Part shown: positions 1 to 9,434 of the stretch, in pieces
How the letters are laid out: each line of letters starts with the position of its first letter
Numbering within the stretch: position 1 is the first letter of the stretch
Source: Xanthomonas campestris pv. campestris str. ATCC 33913
Lineage (GTDB): Bacteria; Pseudomonadota; Gammaproteobacteria; Xanthomonadales; Xanthomonadaceae
Assembly (NCBI RefSeq): GCF_000007145.1
Contig: NC_003902.1
Location: 370,325-402,324, forward strand
DNA length: 32,000 nt
Reading direction: 5' to 3'
The notes under the pieces: model-generated
The model's input: the letters and a program-made list of their open reading frames with translations, nothing else
What the model was told of the DNA's origin: nothing
The model's database searches: none
Made by a program: the position numbers and the translations under genes

Positions 1-1118
1 TTGCCCGCACCTTCGGTGTGGATGCGGCCACGGCCTCGTTGCCGTTGTCGCTGGCGACCGGTGCGCTGGCGATTGCGATCTTCTGTGCCGGTGCGGTGTC
101 GGAGAATCTGGGCCGGCGCGGGCTGATGTTTGTCTCCATCGCGCTGGCCGCAGTGCTCAACCTGATCGCCGCCTTCCTGCCGCACTGGGGCGCGCTGGTG
201 GCGGTGCGCACCTTGTCCGGCATCGCGCTGGGCGGGGTGCCGGCGGTGGCCATGGTCTATCTGGCCGAAGAGCTGCCGGCCAGCAAACTGGGCGCGGCCA
301 CCGGGCTGTACGTGGCCGGTAACGCGTTTGGCGGCATGAGCGGGCGCATCGTGATGAGCCTGCTCACCGACCACTACGACTGGCGTACCGCGCTGGCAGT
401 GTTGAGCGTGTTCGACCTGCTGTGCGCGGTGGCGTTCGTGTGGCTGCTGCCGCCCTCGCGTCACTTCGTGCGCCGGCACGGCGTCAACCTGCACTACCAC
501 CTGCGCGCCTGGGGCGGGCATCTGCGTAACCGCCAGTTGTTGTGGCTGTTCTCGATCCCGTTCCTGTTGATGGGCGTGTTCGTCAGCGTCTACAACTACG
601 CCGGGTTCCGCCTGGGCGGCGCGGAATACGGCCTGAGCCAGAGCCAGATCGGCATGATCTTTAGCGCGTACGTGTTCGGCATCGTGTCTTCATCAGTGGC
701 CGGTGCGGCTTCGGACCGCTACGGCCGGGGCCCGGTGGTGCTGGCCGGCACGCTCACCGCCGCGGCCGGTGTGGCGTTGACGCTGGCGCATGCCTTGCCG
801 GTGGTGATTGCCGGGGTAGTGCTGCTGACGATCGGGTTTTTCATTGCGCATTCGTCGGCCAGCGCCTGGGTGGGCCGGCTGGGCGGTGCGGCGCGTAGCC
901 ATGCAGCGTCGTTGTATCTGCTGGCCTACTACAGCGGTGCCAGCCTGGTCGGCGCGGTCAGCGGCTGGTTCTGGCAGCACGGCGGTTGGGGTGCGCTGGT
1001 GGCGTTCTGCGGCAGCTTGCTCGCCCTGGCCTTGCTGGCGGCGCAGGTACTACGCCGCAGTGCGGACGACTCGCGCCCGTATGGGCGCTTTGCGCCACAT
1101 CCACCGCGCGGGGAGTAA
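1..1118 (+). CDS. MFS transporter (YnfM-like), 5' end cut by window edge
   Basis: ORF 18..1118 remains open back to position 3 (ARTFGV precedes the first M). It is hydrophobic multi-helix throughout, with MFS-type loop motifs (ENLGRRGLMF, SDRYGRGPV) and a charged C-terminal tail. Confidence 0.85.
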   Translation, partial: ARTFGVDAATASLPLSLATGALAIAIFCAGAVSENLGRRGLMFVSIALAAVLNLIAAFLPHWGALVAVRTLSGIALGGVPAVAMVYLAEELPASKLGAATGLYVAGNAFGGMSGRIVMSLLTDHYDWRTALAVLSVFDLLCAVAFVWLLPPSRHFVRRHGVNLHYHLRAWGGHLRNRQLLWLFSIPFLLMGVFVSVYNYAGFRLGGAEYGLSQSQIGMIFSAYVFGIVSSSVAGAASDRYGRGPVVLAGTLTAAAGVALTLAHALPVVIAGVVLLTIGFFIAHSSASAWVGRLGGAARSHAASLYLLAYYSGASLVGAVSGWFWQHGGWGALVAFCGSLLALALLAAQVLRRSADDSRPYGRFAPHPPRGE

Positions 1119-1318
1119 GCGCCGCGCTATCTGCGATCGCTGTACGGTTGGTCGGGGTGCTTGCGTGCGCTCTGTCGCAAGGTCGGCACTCAAGTCCTCG
1201 CGGCCTGTGATTGCGCGCGCACCGGTTACGCGCGCCATTGCATCCGCGCGTCGCGCGACGTGCAACAACGGCAACCGTGCGTGCCGCATCACGCGCGCAC
1301 CGCTAGATCGCGCCTGCG

Positions 1319-2347
1319 TTACTGCGTTTGCGTTGAAGGCAATGCTGGTGAGCGCGGCGCAGGCGCGCTGCCGGTGCTGGGGTCGTACTGCGGATGCGCC
1401 GGATCCATGCTGCGCGGCCCGCGCACGGGAACCGGCTGCAGCGCGCTTTCGCGCCAGGCGCGCACCAGCAGATCGCGCAGCATTGCCGCGCCGTCGCCGG
1501 CGGTGAGGTAGACCATCGCGCGGCCGTCGGTGCGGGAGGCATCGTCGAACGCACCGGCTTTTTCCAGGCGATACACCTGCTCGACGCGGCCGGTGCCGAT
1601 GGCGAGAAAACCCAGCAACTGCTCGAACACATCGCCGTCCTGATGCGCCAAGGCCGGCATGCGGGTCAGCAAGTCCTGCGGAGTGAGCGCGATCTTGTCG
1701 ATGTAGTCGCTCTCGAACTTGCCGTGCACCTTCGGGTCGGTGCTGTAGCCGTGGGGATTGGGTCCCTGCCAGCCATCGTGGTGGATGCTGTCGTGCTGCG
1801 GCTGCGCGCCGTCGCCGATGTAGTGCGCAAACCAGCTCACCAGGAACGCGCAGGTGCGCTCCAGTTCGCGCGTGTCCTCACCGGCCGCACGCAACGCGCG
1901 GATCTGGCGCATGGTGGCAACGATGCGTTCGTAGCCTTCGGTGGCTGCATACGGCAAGGTGCCGGCCCAGCGCACATTCATGCGCTCGGCGGCGGCCGGG
2001 TCGCGTTGTGCAAGGCGCCGCTGTTCGTCGTACAAGGCCAGCACGAAGGCATAGCGCGAGCGCGGCGGGTTGGCCATGAATGCGAACTGCTCGCGGAACC
2101 AGCCGTGGTTGGGATCTTCTTCGATCTTGAGGAACGGCTCGCTTTCACTACGCCAGCCATCGGGCAGCACCGCACCATCGGCAATCACCTGCACATGGCG
2201 CTTGAGAAACACCGGCCCGTCATCCGGCAGTGCCTGGAGGGCGGCGCTATCGATCGCCGCGTGAGCGCGTTTTCCCCAGGCCAGCGCAGCCGTGGGGGCG
2301 AAGCAGGCCGTCAGCAGGACGGCCGCAGCAAGCAGGGAAGGCTTCAT
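1319..2347 (-). CDS. secreted S1/P1-nuclease / zinc phospholipase-C superfamily-like protein
   Basis: Internal ATG at 2347, in frame with the 1319..2887 ORF, gives MKPSLLAAAVLLTACFAPTAALA|WGKRAHAAI: a signal peptide followed by the mature N-terminal W typical of S1/P1 nucleases. There is also a HYIGDGAQPQHDSIHHDGW metal-ligand-like motif. The ORF part upstream of 2347 overlaps the receptor C-terminus and is spurious. Confidence 0.6.
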   Translation of the reverse strand: MKPSLLAAAVLLTACFAPTAALAWGKRAHAAIDSAALQALPDDGPVFLKRHVQVIADGAVLPDGWRSESEPFLKIEEDPNHGWFREQFAFMANPPRSRYAFVLALYDEQRRLAQRDPAAAERMNVRWAGTLPYAATEGYERIVATMRQIRALRAAGEDTRELERTCAFLVSWFAHYIGDGAQPQHDSIHHDGWQGPNPHGYSTDPKVHGKFESDYIDKIALTPQDLLTRMPALAHQDGDVFEQLLGFLAIGTGRVEQVYRLEKAGAFDDASRTDGRAMVYLTAGDGAAMLRDLLVRAWRESALQPVPVRGPRSMDPAHPQYDPSTGSAPAPRSPALPSTQTQ

Positions 2348-2415
2348 AAGAATCCTGGTCGGGCGCGCGCCGGGCAGGGCCGCGGCGCACGCGAAAGCGG
2401 CGGTGGCCGGCGTGC

Positions 2416-4956
2416 TCAGAAGTGGTAGGTCACCACCAGCCGGGTGTTGCGCTCGTAGATCGGCCGCCCGTAGATGGGTTCGCGCGTGCCTTGCCCGGAG
2501 ATGGTATCGGTGCGCGGGTTGCCTTCGGTCAGCGCAAAGGCGTTGGTGAGATTGTCCACCGCCAGCTGCACATCCCACGGCCCGTTGCGCACCAGGATGT
2601 TGGCCGCCAGCGTGTGATAGGCGGCCAGTTCGGTGGTGTTTTCCAGGTCGGCGTAGCGCTTGCCCACGTAGGCGTAGCGCAGCGAGGTATCCCAATCGAA
2701 TGCGCCGGTGCTGAACAGCAGCGTGGGCCCGACGTTGCCATAGAGCTTGGGCTGGCGGTTGGGCATGTTGCCGTCCACATCGACCACCGCCACCGCGCCG
2801 TTGGCCACCACTTCGGTCAGGTCGGAGACCTTGGTGTCGTTGTAGGTGACATTGGCATCCAGGCGCAGCCACTGCGCTGGCGTCCACACCGCGGCCACTT
2901 CCACGCCCGGGTTGGTGACGCTGCCACGGTAATCCTTGGACTCGGCCGCACCAGTCAACGGATTCACCGCGCTGGTGCCGATGTTGTACGGGTCGTACTT
3001 GGTGTAGAAGGCCGTGGCGAACACATCCAGCGTGGCGAAGTTGAGCTTGGTGCCCAGCTCGTACTGCTCGGCGGTGGGAATGTTGACGTTGCCTTCGTTG
3101 GCGCCCTCGCTGGGCGCGCGGTGCGCACGCGAGGCGCGGCCGTAGACACCGACAATCGGGGTGAGGTCGTAGTTGAAGCCGGCGGTCCAGTTGGTCACGC
3201 CCACATCCAGCGCGGTCTGCGTGCGGGCACCGGTGAACAGCCGTGCGGCATCGTCGGCCAGGGTGTCTGGCATGCCCAACGTGCCGGTGGTGCGGGCCAT
3301 GGCTCAGGCGCGGTAGCGATAGCGCTCGTGGCGCACGCCGCCTTCCAGGCGCAGCTTGTCGGTCACCTGCCAGGTATCGGCGATGTAGGGCGCCAGCATG
3401 CTGGTGTAGGCCTTGCCCTGGGTGCGGTCGGCGCCGTAGATCACCACGCCGTCCTGGGTGACGCCGCCGACAACCGCACCATTGGCGTCATAGCCGAGCA
3501 GGTCGATGCTGCGCGGGTTCTGGCGCATTTCAAACAGATAGCTCTGGTAGCGCGAATTGTAGGAACGCGCGTAATAGGCGCCATACAGGCCCAGCGTGAT
3601 GTCGTGGGTGTCGCCGCCCCAGTCGAAGCTGCGGTGCAGGCGCAGATCGTCGGCGATGGAATCGGCGCGCACATCCATCGCACGGTACTGGCCCTGGATC
3701 ACCAGCCCGTCGGTGCTGGCCGGATCGAAGCGGCTGCCATCGTCGGTGTACACGTAGCCCAACCGCGACAGGCCCGGAAACGCTGCGCTTGCGGCCGCAC
3801 GGCGGCTGTTTGCATAGGCGGTGGCATCCTGCGGCGCGTTGCTGGAATACAGCGCGTCGAAGGTCATGTCCAGGCGATTGACCACCGCCTTGTTGGACAG
3901 GCTCCAGCCGTTGTCGAAGGCCAGGTCCAGGTTCGCGCCCAGATGGTTGAATTTCATGTGGCGGCCATCGGAGAGATCGCGCGCCTCGCGTTGCGGCTGG
4001 CCATTGGCATCGCTGGAAATGAGCGTGGCGTGCTGCAGTTGCGGCGCGCTCAAGGTGCCGGTGAAGCGGTCGATCAACGGGTCCAGCGACCGCGTGGTGT
4101 CGCGCGGGTCATACAGCGGGATCGGCATGTAGAACGCGTTCTTGTCGTCCAGATGCTTGGCGGTGAAGGTGATCTTGCCGTGGTCCAGCGTGTGCGTGAG
4201 GTTCATGCGGAACTGGCCGCCCTCATCGGCAGGAAAGCCCACATCCCGGTAACCATCGTTGCGGCGCACGAAGCCGCCGGCGGCCAAGTACCAGTCCTGC
4301 GCCAGCTTGCCCGACCAGTAGCCATCGAGCCGGTACAGGCCGGTATCGCCCACGGTGGTGCGCACTGCGCCTTCGGGCGTGTCGCCGCCCTGGCGGGTGA
4401 CGAAGTTGACGATGGCCGCGGCATTGGAGGCGAAGATCGGCGAGGGCCCGCCGCGCACGGTCTCCACCGATTCGACCATCACGTCTGGCCGCACTAGCCC
4501 TTCGGTCTTGTAGAAGTAGCCGTTGTTGTCCGGATACGGGCTGATACCGTCTTCCTGGATCACCGCGAACGAGCCTTCATCGGGGATGCCGCGGATGCGG
4601 TACACGTTCTGCACTTCGCCGCCGGTGGATTCGGCGTAAATGCCCGGCATCGAACCGATCAGGCTGGTGAGGTTGAGCGGCGCCAGTTTGTCGATCTGTT
4701 CGGCGGTCATCGAGGTGATCGCATAGGACGCTTCGAACTGGCTCTGTGCCTGGCCGGCACCGGTGACGATCATGCGGTCGAGCGAAAAGATGCCGTCGTC
4801 GGCCGCACGTGCCGGCGGTGACGCGGTGGTCTGCTGCGCCAGCGCCGGGCCGGCAAGCGTGGAGGCAAGTGCGAGGGACAGGCAAAGACACAGCGGGGCG
4901 CGACGCAGTCCGGAGGCGATCCGGATGTCGGTGGTTGGCATGGCGGGCATGGGCAA
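2416..4956 (-). pseudogene. TonB-dependent outer-membrane receptor interrupted by a single in-frame TGA (3304-3306)
   Basis: ORFs 3304..4956 and 2416..3300 are in the same frame ((4956-3300) is divisible by 3). The minus strand reads ...HERYRYRA-TGA-A-MARTTGT.... The N-terminus has a signal peptide and plug motifs (DRMIVTGAG, ETVRGGPSPIF); the C-terminus ends ...VVTYHF, the canonical terminal aromatic of TBDR barrels. Confidence 0.8.
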
Positions 4957-5559
4957 GCGGGGGAGCGCGTCACTTTCGCGATGTCATATTGCAGATGCGT
5001 TGCGTGTGCGGCAGATCACGCAAAAAAGCCGGTGCAGTGCCTGGAACTGTGACGTATGCAGGCTTTACTTCGCTCTGTCATCGGCGCGTCCTGCGCTGGC
5101 GCTCGCATCGGCTGCGGCGTTGCACTTTGCATCAGTGATGGTGGCGTTCGCCAAGACGGTTGAAACGCAAGATTCAGCGTGCAGGTGGAGGTGAACGCCG
5201 CGCCTAACGCGCGCAGCGTGCAGCCAGGAGACGAGCGCAACCGTGATGCAGGCAGATGCGCCTGTGCTTGGAATCGCACCGCGCACCCCAATTGAAAAGC
5301 CATCTCCCGTGGCGTCTTTGCATCGTGAATCGCTTTGCGTCATCTCCCGTCCCATACACCTCGCCACTGCGCGCGTCCGTGGCAACGTGGGCATGAAGGA
5401 TCGGCCTGCCAGGGTGCGCAACCAGCGCCTGCGCGCCGCGTGTAGCCCACTGCCGCCGCACCGGCCAGCGCTCACCGCAGCGCCTGAACGTGTTGCACCG
5501 CTACAGGCACGCGCGCGGGTGTTGTTGCACAGTGACCACACCATGACCGGAGTTGCACG

Positions 5560-6441
5560 ATGACTGTTGCGATCACGCAGACCGGCCCGGCGCTGCAGGA
5601 GTTCGTCGAGCGCCATCAGCGCTTGTTCGTACTCAGCGGCGCGGGCTGCAGCACCGATTCGGGCATTCCCGATTACCGCGATCTGCAGGGCGGCTGGAAG
5701 CGCCCGCAACCGGTGACCTTCCAGGCGTTCATGGGCGAGCTGTCCACGCGCCAGCGCTATTGGGCGCGCAGCCTGGTGGGCTGGCCGCGCTTCGGCCTGG
5801 CGCGGCCCAACGCCACCCATCACGCCCTGGCCGCGTTGGAGGCGCGCGGGCAACTGGAGTTGCTGCTCACCCAGAACGTGGACCGCCTGCATCAGGCCGC
5901 CGGCAGCCAGGCGGTGATCGATCTGCACGGCCGGCTCGATGTGGTGCGTTGCATGGGCTGCGAACAACGCATGCCGCGCACCGAGTTCCAGTTGCTGCTG
6001 GAGCGCGACAACCCCGGCTGGGCCGACCTGGAGGCCGCCCAGGCGCCCGATGGCGATGCCGATCTGGACAACGTGGCCTTCGACAACTTCGTGGTGCCGG
6101 CCTGCCCGGCGTGCGGCGGCGTGCTCAAGCCGGATGTGGTGTTCTTCGGCGAGAACGTGCCGCGCGAGCGCGTGGAGCGCGCCTTTGCGCATCTGCAGGC
6201 CGCCGATGCGGTGCTGGTGGTGGGGTCTTCGTTGATGGTGTATTCCGGCTTCCGCTTCGTGCAGGCCGCCGCACGTGCAGGCCTGCCGATCGCCGCGCTC
6301 AACTTCGGGCGCACCCGTGCCGACGACCTGCTCAGCCTGAAGGTGGAGCAATCCTGCGCGCAGGCGCTGGCGTTCCTGCAACAGCCGCCGGACCCCCTGC
6401 ACACGGCCACCGCCAGGTACCACAGTGCGCGTTCGGCATGA
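5560..6441 (+). CDS. cobB: NAD-dependent protein deacylase, Sir2 family (class II sirtuin)
   Basis: GAGCSTDSGIPDYRD, TQNVDRLH and HG catalytic motifs; Zn-ribbon CMGC...CPACGG; VVGSSL Rossmann end. GGAG lies 8 nt upstream of the ATG. Confidence 0.9.
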   Translation: MTVAITQTGPALQEFVERHQRLFVLSGAGCSTDSGIPDYRDLQGGWKRPQPVTFQAFMGELSTRQRYWARSLVGWPRFGLARPNATHHALAALEARGQLELLLTQNVDRLHQAAGSQAVIDLHGRLDVVRCMGCEQRMPRTEFQLLLERDNPGWADLEAAQAPDGDADLDNVAFDNFVVPACPACGGVLKPDVVFFGENVPRERVERAFAHLQAADAVLVVGSSLMVYSGFRFVQAAARAGLPIAALNFGRTRADDLLSLKVEQSCAQALAFLQQPPDPLHTATARYHSARSA

Positions 6442-6489
6442 CGCAGTGATCCATCGCAGCGGTTGTGCCCACGCGCGTGGCGCAGTGCA

Positions 6490-7620
6490 ATGGGCATCCC
6501 TACGTCGCGTGTGGATGTCGCCTTGAGCCAGTTGTTCACCCCCATCAATTTTGGTCCGCTTGCGCTCGCCAACCGCATTGTGATCGCGCCGATGTGCCAG
6601 TACTCCGCACAGGACGGCCGCGCCACCGACTGGCATCGCATCCACCTGGGCACGCTGTCGCAATCCGGTGCCGCGCTGTTGATCCTGGAAGCGGCCGCGG
6701 TGCAGCCGCAGGGCCGTATCTCCTACGCCGACCTGGGCCTGTACGACGACGCCACCGAGCAGGCGCTGGGCGAGGTGCTGGCATCGGTACGGCGTTGGTC
6801 GCCGATGCCGATCGGCATCCAGCTGGCACATGCCGGGCGCAAGGCCTCCACCGATCTGCCGTGGAAGGGCGGCGAGGCGATTGCTCCCGACCATGCCAAT
6901 GGTTGGCAGACCGTGTCCGCCTCGGCACTGCCGTTCCGCGATGGCCAACCGCTGCCGCAGGCGCTGGACGCCGCTGGCATCGATGCGGTGGTGGAGGCCT
7001 TCGTGACCGCGGCCAAGCGCGCCGAACGCCTGGAGCTGCAGCTGATCGAACTGCATGCCGCGCACGGGTACCTGATGCATCAGTTCCTGTCGCCGCTGAG
7101 CAACCAGCGCAGCGATGCGTACGGCGGCTCGCTGGACAACCGCATGCGGCTGACGCTGCGCATCTTCGATGCGGTACGCGCGGCGGTGTCTGACCAGATG
7201 GCCATCGGCGTGCGCATCTCGGCCACCGACTGGGTGGATGGCGGCTGGGACCTGCCGCAGAGCATTGCGTTGTCCAAGGCGCTGGATGCGCGCGGCGCGC
7301 ACTACATCCACGTGTCCAGTGGCGGGCTGGACCCGCGCCAGCAGATTCCGGTGCAGGCCAGCTACCAGATACCGTTTGCCGAGGCGATCCGCGCGCAGGT
7401 GGACACGCCGGTGATCGGCGTGGGCCTGATCACCGAACCGCAACAGGCCGAAGCGATCCTGCGCGATGGCCAGGCCGATGCGATCGCGCTGGCGCGCGGC
7501 ATCCTCTACGACCCGCGCTGGCCGTGGCACGCCGCCGCCGCGCTGGGCGCATCGGTCACCCCGGCGCCGCAGTACCAGCGCTGCGAACCGCGCGAAGCGC
7601 GTGGCGTGTTCGCCAGCTGA
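6490..7620 (+). CDS. NADH:flavin oxidoreductase, Old Yellow Enzyme family
   Basis: LFTPINFGPLALANRIVIAPMCQY, QLAHAGRKAS, ELHAAHGYLMHQFLSPLSNQRSDAYGGS and ARGILYDPRWP are OYE signatures. The start is uncertain: TTG 6463, ATG 6490 or GTG 6511. Confidence 0.85.
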   Translation: MGIPTSRVDVALSQLFTPINFGPLALANRIVIAPMCQYSAQDGRATDWHRIHLGTLSQSGAALLILEAAAVQPQGRISYADLGLYDDATEQALGEVLASVRRWSPMPIGIQLAHAGRKASTDLPWKGGEAIAPDHANGWQTVSASALPFRDGQPLPQALDAAGIDAVVEAFVTAAKRAERLELQLIELHAAHGYLMHQFLSPLSNQRSDAYGGSLDNRMRLTLRIFDAVRAAVSDQMAIGVRISATDWVDGGWDLPQSIALSKALDARGAHYIHVSSGGLDPRQQIPVQASYQIPFAEAIRAQVDTPVIGVGLITEPQQAEAILRDGQADAIALARGILYDPRWPWHAAAALGASVTPAPQYQRCEPREARGVFAS

Positions 7621-7672
7621 CGCGCGCACAACCGACCATGGACCGATCATCTCGACCAAGCAGAGGGCATGC

Positions 7673-8548
7673 ATGCCAATAGGATTTCTGGGGCTGGGCA
7701 CGATGGGCCTGCCGATGGCGCACAACCTGCTGCGCGGCGGCTTTGAACTGACCGTATGGAACCGCTCGCCGGCACGTGCGCAGCCGCTGCGTGAGGCCGG
7801 CGCACACGTGGTGGAGCAGCCGCAGCAGGCCGCGCACGGCCCGCTGCTGTTTTCGATGCTGGCCGACGACGCCGCGGTGCGGCAGACGGTGCTCGACGGC
7901 GGCGTGCTGGATGCGCTGCCGGCCGGCAGCGTGCACGTCAACATGGCCACCATCTCGGTGGCGCTGGCGCACGAGTTGACCGCACTGCATGCCGAGCGGG
8001 GTATTGCCTACGTCGCCGCCCCGGTGCTTGGCCGCGTGGAGGTGGCCGAAGCCGGCAAGCTCAACATCCTGGCCGCTGGCGACGATGCCGCGCTTGCCCG
8101 CGTGCAGCCGATGTTCGATGTGCTGGGCCAGCAGACCTGGCAGATTGGCAGCGCGCCCGAGCAGGCCAACGCGGTGAAACTGGCCGCCAACTTCTGCCTG
8201 GCCAGTGCGATCGGCGCGATGGCCGAAGCCAGCGCGCTGGCGCGTGGGCATGGCGTGGATGCCACGCAGTTTTTAGGCATGCTCACCAGCACCTTGTTCG
8301 CTGCGCCCGCGTATCAAGGCTATGGCCGGCTGATCATGCAGCGCCAGTACACGCCTGCCGGCTTCACTGCCACCCTGGGCCGCAAGGATGTGGATCTGGC
8401 AATCCAGGCCGGCGCGGCGCGGCAGGTGCCGATGCCGCTGGGCGAGCTGCTGCGCAGCGGCCTGGACGAGGCAATTGCGCACGGCGATGGCAACGCCGAC
8501 TGGGCGGTGCTGGCCGAGGTCTCCGCACGCCGTGCAGGGCAGGCCTAG
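7673..8548 (+). CDS. NAD(P)-dependent oxidoreductase, 3-hydroxyisobutyrate/6-phosphogluconate dehydrogenase-like
   Basis: Internal ATG 7673 is preceded by AGAGGG. The N-terminus is MPIGFLGLGTMGLPMAHNLL (GxGxxG), with AVKLAANF and a RKDVDL lysine motif. The upstream part of ORF 7466..8548 overlaps the OYE gene. Confidence 0.85.
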   Translation: MPIGFLGLGTMGLPMAHNLLRGGFELTVWNRSPARAQPLREAGAHVVEQPQQAAHGPLLFSMLADDAAVRQTVLDGGVLDALPAGSVHVNMATISVALAHELTALHAERGIAYVAAPVLGRVEVAEAGKLNILAAGDDAALARVQPMFDVLGQQTWQIGSAPEQANAVKLAANFCLASAIGAMAEASALARGHGVDATQFLGMLTSTLFAAPAYQGYGRLIMQRQYTPAGFTATLGRKDVDLAIQAGAARQVPMPLGELLRSGLDEAIAHGDGNADWAVLAEVSARRAGQA

Positions 8549-8554
8549 CACCGC

Positions 8555-8587
8555 CAGCGCGTGCGACTGATGCAGTCGCGCGCGCTG
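8555..8587 (+). terminator. GC-rich hairpin 7 nt after the dehydrogenase stop
   Basis: 8555-8569 pairs with 8573-8587: 15 bp including one G.U, with a 3-nt loop. There is no strong U-tract. Confidence 0.4.
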
Positions 8588-8904
8588 TTCGCAGTGGCAT
8601 CGTGTGCGAGCGGTGCCGTGCAGCACGGTGTGGCTACGATGGCACGCCGCTCAAGCACACGCGCTGCGCCAACCGCCGTCAACGACATGCGCATCAATCG
8701 CCCGCGTTGCGCATCTTGCGGTGTGTCCCGCAGGCATGACGCCTGGTGCGACGTGGCTGGCTTGAGGCCTGGCAGGCAAGCGGCTAAGGTGCCTGCTCGT
8801 AACAGCCGCCGCTCCAGGGAGGATGCGATGCGACACCCCAACATCAGGCCCGGTTCGACCGTGCACGCCACGCGCACATCGGCCCACGCCGGTGGTGGCG
8901 CACG

Positions 8905-9297
8905 ATGACCAGCGCACCGGTCATCCATCAGGGCCCGGTCGGCCCGGACCATCCCGAGCATCCGGACCATCACCTGTTCTCACAGATCCAGGAAGCGGTG
9001 AGCGTGCTCGACACAGAACTAGGCAAGCCTACCGACGAGGCCAGCATGCGCATGGCCGCGCGGCTGCTGCCGCTGGCCAAGCAGCACGGCTTCGACCAGG
9101 TGGATCTGGTGGTGCTCAGCCGCCATCTCGGCGAGGTGGGCGAGAACGTGTTTCTGGTGCGTGGCGCGCTGGACGACCCGGCGCATTTGCGCGCCCACAT
9201 CACCACCCAGGAAGCGATGGAGACCTCGGTCGACGCCTCGCTTGCGCAGCTGGACGAAATCAACCGGCGGCTGATGCTGCGCCTGCCGCCGCGCTGA
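8905..9297 (+). CDS. small XVIPCD-like protein (Xanthomonas VirD4-interacting protein conserved domain only)
   Basis: 130 aa. The pattern HPEHPDHHLFSQIQEAVSVLDTELGKPTDEASMRMAARLLPLAKQHGFDQVDLVVLS...VFLVRGALDDPAHLRAHI matches my recollection of the XVIPCD consensus (HPDH.LY.Q....LD...G...D..S.R.AA.LL..AK..G...D.VVLS...F.V.G...DP). No N-terminal effector domain is present. Confidence 0.5.
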   Translation: MTSAPVIHQGPVGPDHPEHPDHHLFSQIQEAVSVLDTELGKPTDEASMRMAARLLPLAKQHGFDQVDLVVLSRHLGEVGENVFLVRGALDDPAHLRAHITTQEAMETSVDASLAQLDEINRRLMLRLPPR

Positions 9298-9308
9298 TCC
9301 TCATCGTC

Positions 9309-9345
9309 AGTGGCATGCGCACCGCGTCCTGCGATGCATGCCACT
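9309..9345 (+). terminator. hairpin 12 nt after the XVIPCD-like gene stop
   Basis: AGTGGCATGC (9309-9318) and GCATGCCACT (9336-9345) form a perfect 10-bp stem with a 17-nt loop. Confidence 0.35.
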
Positions 9346-9434
9346 AGCGCAACAACTGCGATGCGTTGGTCAGCGGATCTGCATGCACGCCGAGCACAGT
9401 GCCCCGGTGCAGAGCTGCCGTGCGGCTGGCCCAA

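Noticed and set aside
1319-2887. Full 522-aa extent of the minus ORF
   Set aside because: Only the part from ATG 2347 has a signal peptide and homology-like motifs. The upstream 180 codons overlap the TBDR C-terminus in another frame.
3301-3306. The TGA in the TonB receptor as selenocysteine or programmed read-through
   Set aside because: I could not find a convincing SECIS-type hairpin in the 40 nt downstream on the minus strand, and outer-membrane receptors are not known selenoproteins. Nonsense mutation or sequencing error is the simpler explanation.
2422-4497. 691-aa plus-strand ORF opposite the TonB receptor
   Set aside because: It is antisense to a gene with clear TBDR motifs. Its composition is repetitive (G/A/V/R/H) with no domain signature.
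4957-5340. Cobalamin riboswitch upstream of the TonB receptor
   Set aside because: The minus strand has AATTGGGG...GGTGCGATTCC, resembling the GGGAA/GGUGxGAAUCC region. However, the flanking bases do not pair into P4, and there is no clear GCCACTG B12 box. The receptor N-terminus is also not BtuB-like. An Infernal scan would settle it.
5560-6441. The Sir2 gene as part of a SIR2-based phage-defence system
   Set aside because: It is a canonical about 290-aa sirtuin with a Zn-ribbon and NAD pocket motifs. It sits among housekeeping redox genes with core-like GC, and no associated HerA, TIR, Ago or helicase partner is present.
5065-7953. 962-aa minus-strand ORF spanning the sirtuin, OYE and dehydrogenase genes
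   Set aside because: It is antisense to three well-supported plus-strand genes. The translation is Arg/Ala/Gly/His-rich low-complexity with no motifs, a typical high-GC open-frame artefact.
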